From NCBI GenBank assembly GCA_963824995.1, contig CAWGRK010000007.1:62001-126000 (forward strand): a DNA stretch of 64,000 nucleotides, given 5' to 3'. Positions within the stretch are counted from its first letter, which is position 1, and each line of letters begins with the position of its first letter. The notes beneath the pieces were generated by a model. It saw nothing but the letters and a program-made list of their open reading frames with translations. It was not told the origin of the DNA and searched no databases. Below, one piece after another: positions 11,671-21,200 of the stretch. Source of the stretch: an uncultured Actinomycetes bacterium (GTDB lineage Bacteria > Actinomycetota > Acidimicrobiia > Spongiisociales > DATADW01). The position numbers were made by a program, and so were the translations under genes.

Positions 11671-11922
11671 ATGACCCTTGTCTGCCAACTGCTTTTCATC
11701 TATTCGCTCGTCATCCTCGCCCGGATAGTCCTCAGTTTCTTCGAAGTCCCGAGCGACCACCCGGTGGGGAGGGTCCGACACGCCCTCTCGCTGGTCGTCG
11801 ACCCCATCCTCCGGCCCATAAGAGCGGTCCTCCCCAACGTGCGGCTCGGTTCGGTCGGTCTCGACCTGTCGCCCTTGATCCTCTTCCTTGGGATCGCTCT
11901 CCTGCGGTCATTCCTCTGCTAG
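11671..11922 (+). CDS. yggT: YggT family membrane protein
   Basis: RIVLSF...DPILRPIR...GLDLSPL pattern; follows sepF. Confidence 0.9.
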   Translation: MTLVCQLLFIYSLVILARIVLSFFEVPSDHPVGRVRHALSLVVDPILRPIRAVLPNVRLGSVGLDLSPLILFLGIALLRSFLC

Positions 11923-11939
11923 TGGCTCGCTGCGCTCGC

Positions 11940-12018
11940 GGGTATTGGGTAATGGGTGGGTAACTGAACGACTCAATGCCGGCTCGTGGGCACTCAGTAC
12001 TCAGTTCTCAGTACTCAG
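11940..12018. repeat. heptamer tandem repeats (GGGTANT and TACTCAG types)
   Basis: gggtatt-gggtaat-gggt-gggtaac followed by cactcag-tactcag-ttctcag-tactcag. Confidence 0.75.
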
Positions 12019-12088
12019 ATCCCAGAGCAATCCCAGGGTTCTGGACCTATCGGCATTATCCTCCGGCGACCGATCGCGGGAGGACCCG

Positions 12089-12816
12089 ATGGCGTTGTCG
12101 CCGATGGAAGTCCAACAGAAGACGTTCAAAGAGTCGATGCGCCGCGGCTACGACCAGGGCGAGGTCGACGACTTCCTCGACGAGGTTGTTGCCTCGCTCA
12201 CCGAGTACGAGGGAAGGGCGCGCGCCGCCGAGGGCCGCGCCGCGGCGATGGAGGCGGAAGTTGGGCGGCTGCGCGAGGAACGCGAAGCGGTCACCGAAGC
12301 CCTCGTCGATGCCCGCCGTCGCGCACAGACGGTCGTCAGCGAGGCCCGCATCGAAGCGGAGCGGGTCGTGGAGGAGGCCAAGCGCGATGCGCAGACGCTG
12401 GCCGAGGATCAGGTCAAAGAGCGCGAGAGGCTCGATGAAGACCTCGCTGGTATGAGGTCCCGCGTGTTGGATCTCCGCAGCCGGCTCGCCGGGCTCGCCA
12501 CCGAACTCGACGGTCAGGTGGCCCCACTCGCCACCGAACTCGATGCAGCGATCGAAATACCGGCGCAGGAAAGCGGCGAGGAGCCCGCTCCGGATCCGGA
12601 CGCGACCCAGGTGCTCGACCTGGTCGAGGAGCCGGCACCGGAGGATGTCGTGAGACCACTGCGGAAGAGGTCGCGGAGCCAGCCGTCACGCTGCCCGATG
12701 CGCCCGAGGCCGAGGTTGAACTCGACGACGAAGACCCGCTCGTGGCCGTGGACGAGAGTCTCGCCGTGTGGGGCGGCGGTGGTCGATCCCGCCCATGGGA
12801 GCGCGACGGCGGCTGA
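12089..12816 (+). CDS. divIVA: DivIVA/Wag31 family protein (probable 1-bp deletion near 12651)
   Basis: LSPMEVQQKTF...RGYDQGEVDDFLDEV plus coiled coil. The acidic tail continues in the shifted frame (ETTAEEVAEP...RPWERDGG*) and stops just before the convergent ileS. Confidence 0.85.
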
Positions 12817-12823
12817 CGGCCGG

Positions 12824-15800
12824 TCAGCCCACCGCTTCGATACCAACCGACAACGGCGCCCCGTTCACCTCTGTTTGGGTGTTGGTCGAGCCATTCTCCG
12901 TCGTCTCCACTGCCAGCACTTCGCTGGCGATGAACTCCCGGTGCGACTCGATTGCGCCGCGCAGTTCGGGGTTGGGCGTGCTCAACGAGAGCCGGATCCT
13001 GGTGGCCACGTCGAGTCCGGCATCACGGCGAAGCTGTTGAACCCGGCTGACCACCTCGCGTGCCAGACCTTCCGAGAGCAGGTCCTGGTCGAGATCCATG
13101 TCCAGCGCCACCGACAGTTCGCTCTCGCTGGCCACGACCGTCCCCGGGCGCGGCATCCGCTGGACAACGACATCGTCGATCCCAACCTCGACCCCGGCAA
13201 TGGTGAGCCGCTCGCCATGCTGGAGCCGCTCCACGTCAGCGCCCGAGATGGCGCCCAGGCCGGCGGCCACCTCGCGGACGCGAGCACCGAGCTTGGGCCC
13301 GAGAGTCCGGTAGTCCGGCCTGACCGACAGGTCCACCAGGCTCGACTCGTCATGACGGACCAGGACCTCATGGACGTTGACCTCGTCCTTGATCAACTCG
13401 ACGTGCGATAGCACCGCCTGTTCGACCTCGGAGGAGCGGGTCAGGACCGTCACCGACCGCAACGGCTGGCGCACCTTCACCCCGTGTTGCTTGCGGAGGG
13501 CATGGCTCAGCCGGGTGACGGCGCGCACACTCTCCATGGCGAGTTCGAGATCGACGTCGATCAGCGCTGCGTCGGCCACCGGGTAGTCGGCGTGATGGAT
13601 ACTGGCCGGTGGCGAGCCATTGGCGGAGGGAATCACCACCAGCGCCTGATGGATCTCTTCTGTGACGAAGGGGAGGACCGGCGCCAGGACGGTGGCGAAT
13701 GTGACCAGGACCTCGTGCATCGTGGCGAAGGCGGCCAGTTTGTCTGCCTCGTCTTCGCCACGCGACCGCCAGAACCGGCGGCGCGCCCGCCGGACATACC
13801 AATTCGTCAGGTCGTCGATGAAGCCGAGTACCGGGGGTATCACGGCATAGAGGTAGTAACCCTCCATCTGCCGGTTGACCTCGGCGACGAGACTCTGGAG
13901 GACCGACAACACCCAGCGGTCGAGTTCGGGCCGGTCTTGCGCCGCCGGAGCCGAGGTCAGGTCTGTCGTCGATATGCCGTCGGCCTCGGCGTACGTGGTG
14001 AAGAAGGAGAAGGCGTTCCACAGAGGTAGGAGGACGGTGCGCACCACCTCGCGCACCCCGTCGCGGGAGAACCGGAAGGGCTCGGCTCGCAGCACCGGCG
14101 AATTGATCAGATATGCCCTGAGGGCGTCGGCGCCGAATTCGTCGAAGATCCCGTTGGGATCGGGGTAGTTCTTGAGGCTCTTCGACATCTTGCGCCCGTC
14201 CTCGGCCAGGATCAGCCCGTTGACGACGCAGTTGCGGAACGGCTCGGTATCGAATATGGCAGTTGAAAGCACCAAGAGTGTGTAGAACCAACCCCTCGTC
14301 TGGTCGAGTCCCTCGGCGATGAAATGGGCGGGGAAGGCGCGGCTCGAATCGCTCCCGGTTCTCGAAGGGATAGTGGAGCTGGCCATAGGGCATGGATCCT
14401 GATTCGAACCAGCAATCGAGCACTTCGGGCACTCTCCGCATGGTCCCGGCGCAGTCGGCGCAGGCGAACGTGACCGGGTCCACATGCTCGCGGTGGAGGT
14501 CTTCGAGCCTTACCCTTGAAAGCTCTGCCAGTTCGTCGATCGACCCGACACAAACCTGGTGGCCGCCTCGATCGCATTGCCAGACCGGTATGCAGCTTCC
14601 CCAGTAGCGGTTGCGGCTTATCGCCCAATCACGGGCGTCCTCGAGCCAGTTGCCAAACCGCCGGGCGCCGACGTGCTCGGGCACCCAATGGATACGATCG
14701 TTCGCCTCGACCATCCGGTCGCGAAAGGACTCGACCCGGACGAACCAGGTGGGGATCGCCTTGTAGATGAGTGGGGTTCCGGTGCGGTAGCAGTAGGGAT
14801 AGCTGTGCCGGACCTGATCTCGCCGGTAGAGCAGCCCGGAGACCTTCAATCTCTCGATCAGATCTTGGTCGGCGTCCTTGACCCGTGTCCCTGCGAGCGG
14901 TGGTATCGCATCGGTGAACCGGCCCTCGGCGTCAACTGGGTCGATGAGCACGTCGAGCCCTGCGGCCTGCAGTGCGGCGAAGTCGACCTCCCCGTAGGCG
15001 GGGGCCATGTGGACCAACCCGGTTCCTTCATCCGTGGTTACCTCGTTCGCTGGGATGACCCGAAAGGCGCCCCGGTCGCGCTCCTCGCCGAACCAGTCGA
15101 ACGGCGGCTCATACCCGGTTCCCAGCAGGTCGGTGCCCCTGGCCTGCTGGACGACGCGGACCGAGGGCCTCGGTTGTGGCCAGACCGAGTCGAGCCTGCT
15201 CTCGGCGATCCAATACCTCTCGCCATCGGCAGTGACGCAAACGTAGGTGATGTCCTCGCCGACCGCCACGGCCAAGTTCCCGGGAAGCGTCCACGGAGTC
15301 GTCGTCCAGATGAGGAGCCAGTCCCCTTCGGCCACCGGGCCATGCCCGCTCGCCACACGAAGTCGCACCGTGATCGCCGGGTCATCGACCTGTCGGTAGT
15401 CGAGGTTGGCCTCGAAGTTGGATAGCGGCGTCGCCGCACCCCACGAATAGGGGAGGACCTTGACATCGCGGTACACCAACCCGCGATCCCAGAGTTGGCG
15501 GAAGACCCACCACACGCTCTCCATGAACTCGGTGTCCATGGTCTTGTAATCGTCCTCGAAGTCGACCCAACGACCAAGACGACGGGTGAGCGACTCCCAA
15601 TTCTCGGTATTCGCCTGGACCACCCGCCGGCAGGCCGCGTTGAACCGCTCGATCCCGTACTCGGCGATGTCCTTGGGTCCGGAGAGCCCGAGAGTGCTCT
15701 CCACCTCCATCTCCACTGGAAGACCGTGGGTGTCCCACCCGAAACGGCGGACCACCCGATGCCCCCGCATCGTCCAGTAGCGGGGAACGATGTCCTTGAT

Positions 15801-16013
15801 CACGCCCGCCAGCAGGTTGCCGTAGTGGGGACTCCCGGTGGGGAACGGCGGCCCGTCATAGAAGCTGTATTCCGACTCAGCCGGGCGCATCTCCACCGAT
15901 TGAGCGAAGGCGTCGAGGCGGTCCCAGAGTTCGAGAACGCCCTGCTCCAAGGCGGGCAGGTCTACCTGCGCATCCCTACGCCGGAAAGAGCCGGGGGGAG
16001 ATTGTGGAGTCAC
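12824..16013 (-). CDS. ileS: isoleucine--tRNA ligase, type 2 (1-bp insertion near 14342)
   Basis: DGPPFPTGSPHYGN, GWDTHGLP, WTTTPWTLP, DWAISRNRYWG, EGLDQTRGWFY and KMSKS motifs; TACGAT 6 nt before the GTG at 16013. Confidence 0.95.
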
Positions 16014-16099
16014 CGCCGGATCGTACCGCTGGCCCGGATGCGGCCCGGACGAGTTCCAATGACAACTTCCGGGCGCTGCTACATTCCCGCCCCTTCCCG

Positions 16100-16471
16100 A
16101 TGACACGCGAACTGGCGCCGAACACGATCAAACGGCTCCGCTCCGCCCTCGAGGAGGAGCGAGATCGGATCACCGCCCTGCTCGAGGAGCACGAGCACGA
16201 GCGCGAAGAGGCGCGCCTGTCGGAGACCTCAGCGGAGCGAAGTCCCGAACCGGCCAGCGCCGAAGCCGGGTCGATGGCCTTCGAGTTCGAGAAGGAACTC
16301 TCAATCGATCAGAATGCCAGCGACCTCCTCCGCAAGGTTGAGCATGCCCTGCGCAGGTTGGCCGACAAAACCTACGGGACTTGTGAGGTATGCGGGCAAC
16401 CGATTCCAGTGGCGAGGTTGGAGGCACTTCCCTACGCCACCCTGTGCGTGAAGGACGCTTCCCTGGCCTGA
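16100..16471 (+). CDS. TraR/DksA C4-type zinc finger protein
   Basis: Coiled coil plus YGTCEVCGQPIPVARLEALPYATLCVKD. Confidence 0.88.
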   Translation: MTRELAPNTIKRLRSALEEERDRITALLEEHEHEREEARLSETSAERSPEPASAEAGSMAFEFEKELSIDQNASDLLRKVEHALRRLADKTYGTCEVCGQPIPVARLEALPYATLCVKDASLA

Positions 16472-16923
16472 AGCGCAACCTCCCCGTCGGGGTGGCGATA
16501 GCGCTCGCGGTGGTCATCCTCGATCGTGTGTCCAAGCTGTGGGCCGAGCAGACCCTGGCGACGGGCGACATCGTCATTATCCCGGGGCTCTTCGGCCTCC
16601 ATCTCGAGGAAAACCCCGGCGCCGCCTTCAGCATCTTCCAGAACGCCGGTCCGTTCCTCGGAGCGGCGGCCGTCGTGGCCACCGGAGTTCTCGGCGTGAT
16701 GCTGGCCCGGAACACCGGTTGGGCGGAGACGGTGGGATTCGGCCTGATCATGGGAGGCGCCATCGGCAACCTCGTCGACCGCATCGTGCGGGGCGACGGC
16801 TTCCTGGATGGAAGGGTCATCGACTGGCTCCAACTACGCAGCTTTCCGACCTTCAACATCGCCGATGCCTCGATCACCTTCGGCGTTGTGGTACTCCTCA
16901 TCGCATCGCTGCGACGCCGGTGA
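16468..16923 (+). CDS. lspA: lipoprotein signal peptidase II (start uncertain)
   Basis: DRVSK, NPGAAFS, GAIGNLVDR, VIDW and FNIAD motifs. Confidence 0.93.
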   Translation: MKRNLPVGVAIALAVVILDRVSKLWAEQTLATGDIVIIPGLFGLHLEENPGAAFSIFQNAGPFLGAAAVVATGVLGVMLARNTGWAETVGFGLIMGGAIGNLVDRIVRGDGFLDGRVIDWLQLRSFPTFNIADASITFGVVVLLIASLRRR

Positions 16924-17831
16924 GCATCGAGATCCCCGCCGGCCTCGACGGGGAGAGGGCCGACAAGGTCGTCGCGGTCCTCGCAGGGGTTAGCAGGGCG
17001 GTGGCGCGCCGACTGGTCGAGGAGGGGGGCGCTCGGATCGGCGGGAGACAGTTGTCACCTGGCGAACGCCTGGAGGCTGGGACGCCGATCGAGATCGACG
17101 ACACTCCCGCGCCGCCCGAACTCGAGCCAGAGGAGATCCCTTTCGGGATTATCCACGCCGACCCGCACTTCCTCGTGGTCGACAAGCCGCCAGGGGTGGT
17201 GGTTCACCCGGGTGCGGGGAGGCGCCGGGGGACCCTGGCCGCCGGGTTGCTCGCCGCATATCCGGAAGTGGGCATGGTGGGTGAGCCAGGTCGTGCCGGG
17301 CTCGTCCACCGTCTCGATGCTGACACGTCTGGTGTGTTGATCGTCGCCCGCACCGCCGATGCCCACCAGTGGCTGACCGCTGCGATGCGACGGCGAGAGA
17401 TCCGGCGGACCTACCTCGCCCTGGTGAGAGGCGTGCCCAGCGCATCCTCGGGGACGGTCGATGCACCGTTGGAGCGCGACCCCCGGCACCCGACCCGTCG
17501 GGCGGTCGGGGCCGCCGGTAAACCGGCCAGGACGCACTACCGGGTGGCGGCGTCGTGGATCGACGACGCCCTGCTCGAGGTCGATCTGGAGACCGGCCGC
17601 ACCCACCAGATCAGGGTCCACCTGGCCGCAATCGGCCACCCGGTGGCGGGCGATCGCACCTACGGCATCGCTTCACCCGAAGGGCGGATGTTCCTCCACG
17701 CCTGGAAGATCTCATTGGCCCACCCAGTCACCAGCGAGCACCTCGAGTTCACCGCCCCACTCCCCACCGACCTGGCTGACCGGTTGGAGAACCTGGGTGC
17801 TCCACACCGCGGCTCCATTCCGGACGGCTGA
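16920..17831 (+). CDS. rluD: RluA-family pseudouridine synthase (RluD-like, with S4 domain)
   Basis: VDKPPGVVVHP, VHRLDADTSG and ETGRTHQIRVH motifs. Confidence 0.9.
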   Translation: MSIEIPAGLDGERADKVVAVLAGVSRAVARRLVEEGGARIGGRQLSPGERLEAGTPIEIDDTPAPPELEPEEIPFGIIHADPHFLVVDKPPGVVVHPGAGRRRGTLAAGLLAAYPEVGMVGEPGRAGLVHRLDADTSGVLIVARTADAHQWLTAAMRRREIRRTYLALVRGVPSASSGTVDAPLERDPRHPTRRAVGAAGKPARTHYRVAASWIDDALLEVDLETGRTHQIRVHLAAIGHPVAGDRTYGIASPEGRMFLHAWKISLAHPVTSEHLEFTAPLPTDLADRLENLGAPHRGSIPDG

Positions 17832-17833
17832 CC

Positions 17834-17885
17834 TTTACCCACTACCCAATACCCACTACTCACTACGCCGCTGCACGGCAGCGGC
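17834..17885. repeat. heptamer tandem repeat (ANTACCC)n plus GC hairpin, between convergent genes
   Basis: tttaccc-actaccc-aataccc-actactc-actac followed by gccgctgc-acg-gcagcggc. Confidence 0.75.
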
Positions 17886-17889
17886 ACCC

Positions 17890-18917
17890 TCAGCCGAAGA
17901 ACGTGGCCGCCACGTCGTAGATGGCACGATCGATGCCGCGGATGGCGGAGACGGCGTCGCTGAGCGGGATGGCCTCGATCTTGTTGCCGCGTAGGGCGAC
18001 CATCATCCCCGAGGCGCCTTGGACCGCCAGGTCGGCGGCGGCGGCGCCGAAACGCGTCCCGAGGACGCGGTCGAACGCGGTTGGTGTCCCCCACGCTGGA
18101 GATGGCCAAGCACGGTGACCCTCGCCTCGAACCCCGTCTTCTTCTCCAGGATCGGGGCGATCTGGTAGGCGACCCCGCCGAGACGGGCGAATCCGAATGA
18201 GTCCACGGCTGGGGGGGCGGTGTCGGACTCTGGCGGGGGCGCGATGCCCTCGGCGACGACGACGATCGAGTAGTTCTTGCCGCGGTCGCGCCTGAGGAGA
18301 ATCACGTCGGAGACGGCGTCGAGGTCGTACGGGATCTCGGGGATGAGGACCGCATCGGCACCGCCCGCCATCCCGGCATAGGTGGCGATCCATCCCTGAG
18401 TGCGGCCCATCACCTCGACGAGCATGACGCGGTTGTGCGCCTCGGCGGTGGTGGCGATGCGGTCGATCGCCTCGGTGGCGATCTGGACGGCGGTATCGAA
18501 GCCGAAGGTGATATCCGTTCCCGCAATGTCGTTGTCGATGGTCTTGGGCACGGCTACCACCGGGAGGCCCTCTTCGGCGAGTCGCTGCGCCGACCGGAGC
18601 GTCCCATCGCCCCCGATCACCACGAGGGCATCGATCTCATGGCGGCGGATGCAGTCGGCGACGCTCTTCAACCCCTCGCCGTGGACGTACGGGTCGAGGC
18701 GGGAAGTGCCGAGGATGGTCCCGCCCCGCTGGAGTATCCCGCGCACCGAGTTGCGGTCGAGCGCCCGCACCTTGCTGTTCATCAGACCGTCCCATCCGTT
18801 GAGGATGCCCACTACCGAACGGCCGTGGTCCTCGACGAGACGCACGGTCACCGCTCTGATCACGGCGTTGAGCCCCGGACAGTCCCCACCGGCGGTCAGT
18901 ACACCGATCGCTCCCAT
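17890..18917 (-). CDS. pfkA: 6-phosphofructokinase, ATP-type GGDG motif (1-bp deletion in the C-run near 18090)
   Basis: GGDCPGLN, GGDGT, PKTIDND, EVMGR and LGHLQRGG-TPTAFDR motifs. Confidence 0.92.
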
Positions 18918-20077
18918 CAGTACAGGAACATCGGTTTGCCGCCCACGTGGCGCACCTTTGGGCGGTAGGACCCGACGTCGTACAACTCGTCCACGTCCAC
19001 CCGCTTCACTCCCTCCCTGGTCACCGAGATGGGCACGTTGGTGTACGTACCGCTCCGCAGCGCCACCATCCGGCCCGACGAGCCTTCGCCGGCCAGATCG
19101 GCCGCCATCACCGCGTAGTTGGTGCCGACCATTAGGTCCAGCGAATCGGGCGACCCCGACCGCATCAGGTAGGCGACCTGCTGGTAGATGATGCCCTCGC
19201 CGGTGCGCTCCTCGAGTGCCTCGGAGAGCACCAGGCCCACCCCTCCCAGCTTCTGGTGGCCGTATGCGTCGGCACTGCCACCCTGGACCAGGTCGCCGCC
19301 CTCCAAGCGGGCACCTTCGGAGATGGTCACCATTGCGTAGCGGGAGGCGTTGCGCCGCCGGTCGTCTGCCAGCAACTCCGCCAGCCGGTTCACATCCACC
19401 GGAACCTCGGAGATGACACACCGATCCACCCCGGCGAGGTACGCCGTGATCAACGAGGTCTCGCCGCTGTACCGCCCGAACAACTCGACCACGGCGATCC
19501 GCTCGTGCGAACCGGTCGACGTGCGAAGAGCGTGGACGAACTCGACGCTCCGGGTGACGGCCGTGGAGAAACCGATGCAGTAGTCGGTTCCGTGTACGTC
19601 GTTGTCCATGGTCTTGGGGATGGCGATCACCCGTATCCCCTCGTCGTGCATCCTCAGCGCATAGGAGAGCGTGTCGTCACCGCCGATGGGGACGAGGACG
19701 TCGATCTTCTGTTGCTCGAGCACCTCGAGGACGTGGGGTGTCAGGTCTACGATCCCGTTCCCGGCTCCATCGCCGTCGAACCGGGACCTGAGTGCCTCCG
19801 GGACGTCCTCTCTGGCGACCTTGGCCGGGTTGGTACGCGACGTGTGAAGGGTGGTACCGCCGTTGCGGTCGATGGTCCTCACCGATGCGGGGGTGAGCGA
19901 CACGAAGCTGGCATCCATCCCATCGGCCTCGTCGGTGTTGGCCTCTACGAGACCGCCCCAGCCGCGCCTGATCCCGATCACCTCGTGGCCGGCCTCGGTG
20001 GCCCGCCCCACCACCGCCTTGATGCAAGCGTTCAGCCCGGGGACGTCGCCGCCACCGGTGAGGATCCCGATTCGCAT
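18917..20077 (-). CDS. 6-phosphofructokinase, PPi-type GGDD motif
   Basis: [20 protein letters not shown] and ELFGR motifs. Confidence 0.9.
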   Translation of the reverse strand: MRIGILTGGGDVPGLNACIKAVVGRATEAGHEVIGIRRGWGGLVEANTDEADGMDASFVSLTPASVRTIDRNGGTTLHTSRTNPAKVAREDVPEALRSRFDGDGAGNGIVDLTPHVLEVLEQQKIDVLVPIGGDDTLSYALRMHDEGIRVIAIPKTMDNDVHGTDYCIGFSTAVTRSVEFVHALRTSTGSHERIAVVELFGRYSGETSLITAYLAGVDRCVISEVPVDVNRLAELLADDRRRNASRYAMVTISEGARLEGGDLVQGGSADAYGHQKLGGVGLVLSEALEERTGEGIIYQQVAYLMRSGSPDSLDLMVGTNYAVMAADLAGEGSSGRMVALRSGTYTNVPISVTREGVKRVDVDELYDVGSYRPKVRHVGGKPMFLY

Positions 20078-20113
20078 GTGTCGCTCCGTGATAAGGGGGA
20101 TCGGAGGCTAGAT

Positions 20114-20169
20114 CGGCAGCTTCGCTGCCGAGTAATGGGTGATGGGTAATGGGTAGATGGGTAGTGGGT
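20114..20169. repeat. GC hairpin plus heptamer tandem repeat (GGGTANT)n
   Basis: cggcagc-ttc-gctgccg followed by gagtaat-gggtgat-gggtaat-gggtagat-gggtagt-gggt. Confidence 0.75.
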
Positions 20170-20266
20170 CCTTGGTATCCCTTCAAGAGCATTGCGGACA
20201 TTGGACTTGGCTGCTCGTCCGCCGTCCACCTACTACCACCCGGCTCCCATTACCGTTTCCGGGACC

Positions 20267-21112
20267 GTGACCACCGAGCCCGTCTCCAAGGCGACACCCG
20301 TCTGTTACCGGCATCCCAACCGGCTCACCCGGCTCTCATGCGGCAATTGCGGCAAGCCGATCTGCGTCGAGTGCAGCGTCGACTCTGCCGTGGGACAGAA
20401 GTGCCCCGAGTGCGCTACGCCGGAGGGCCGCTACCGGGTGGTCGAAGCGAGGCGAAGCTGGGCGAGGCCCACGACCAGAACGGCGCCGGTCACCTTCACC
20501 TTCATCGGGATCTCGGTGTTGTTCTTCCTCATCAACCTGCTGCTTCCGACGATCTATGAGGACCTGTTCGTCCTATTCGCCCAGAGCAACTTCCTGGTAG
20601 ACCAAGGGGAATGGTGGAGGCTGTTCACGGCGGCGTTCCTCCACGCCCGGAGCTTCTATCACATCCTTTTCAACATGTGGGCGCTGTACGTTTTCGGTCC
20701 GCAGCTGGAGCGGCAGGTCGGGAGCCCGGCCTTCGCCGCGCTCTATCTCAGCTCGGCGGCTGCGGGGGGCGCCGTCGCCTTCTTCCTTGGCAATCCCGGA
20801 GACGTGCTAGTCGGGGCCTCGGGTGCCATCTTCGGCCTGTTCGGTGTCTGGTTGTGGAACGCATTTCGGGCACGCGGCACCCCGGTCGGGCGCGCTCAGC
20901 TCACCCAGCTCTTGGTGCTGCTCGGGATCAATGCGGTCCTCGGCTTCACCTTCGCCAACATTTCCTGGCAAGGGCATCTCGGCGGGCTGCTTGCGGGGAT
21001 CCTCATCGGCGCTCTCTGGTCGTCGCCGGCGGTCGCCAGGCAGCCGGGCCGACGGGTCACCGCGGCGGCGGCGGTGGGGGTCGTGACCGTCCTCCTGGTG
21101 ATTCTCGCCTGA
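20267..21112 (+). CDS. rhomboid family intramembrane serine protease with N-terminal Cys/His zinc finger
   Basis: CYRHP..CGNCGKPICVEC..CPEC; WRLFTAAFLH, HILFNM, GASG and GHLGG motifs. Confidence 0.93.
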   Translation: MTTEPVSKATPVCYRHPNRLTRLSCGNCGKPICVECSVDSAVGQKCPECATPEGRYRVVEARRSWARPTTRTAPVTFTFIGISVLFFLINLLLPTIYEDLFVLFAQSNFLVDQGEWWRLFTAAFLHARSFYHILFNMWALYVFGPQLERQVGSPAFAALYLSSAAAGGAVAFFLGNPGDVLVGASGAIFGLFGVWLWNAFRARGTPVGRAQLTQLLVLLGINAVLGFTFANISWQGHLGGLLAGILIGALWSSPAVARQPGRRVTAAAAVGVVTVLLVILA

Positions 21113-21200
21113 GGGCGGCCTGGTTTCGCGCTCTCGCCCCCGATGACGATCCCCGGCTAAGGTGCGAATCCCAAGCGTGTAGTTCGAGCGGGGCTGATCG

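Noticed and set aside
11888..13411. 507-aa DivIVA with long C-terminal extension overlapping ileS
   Set aside because: Read-through after an indel near 12651; the extension is antisense shadow of ileS
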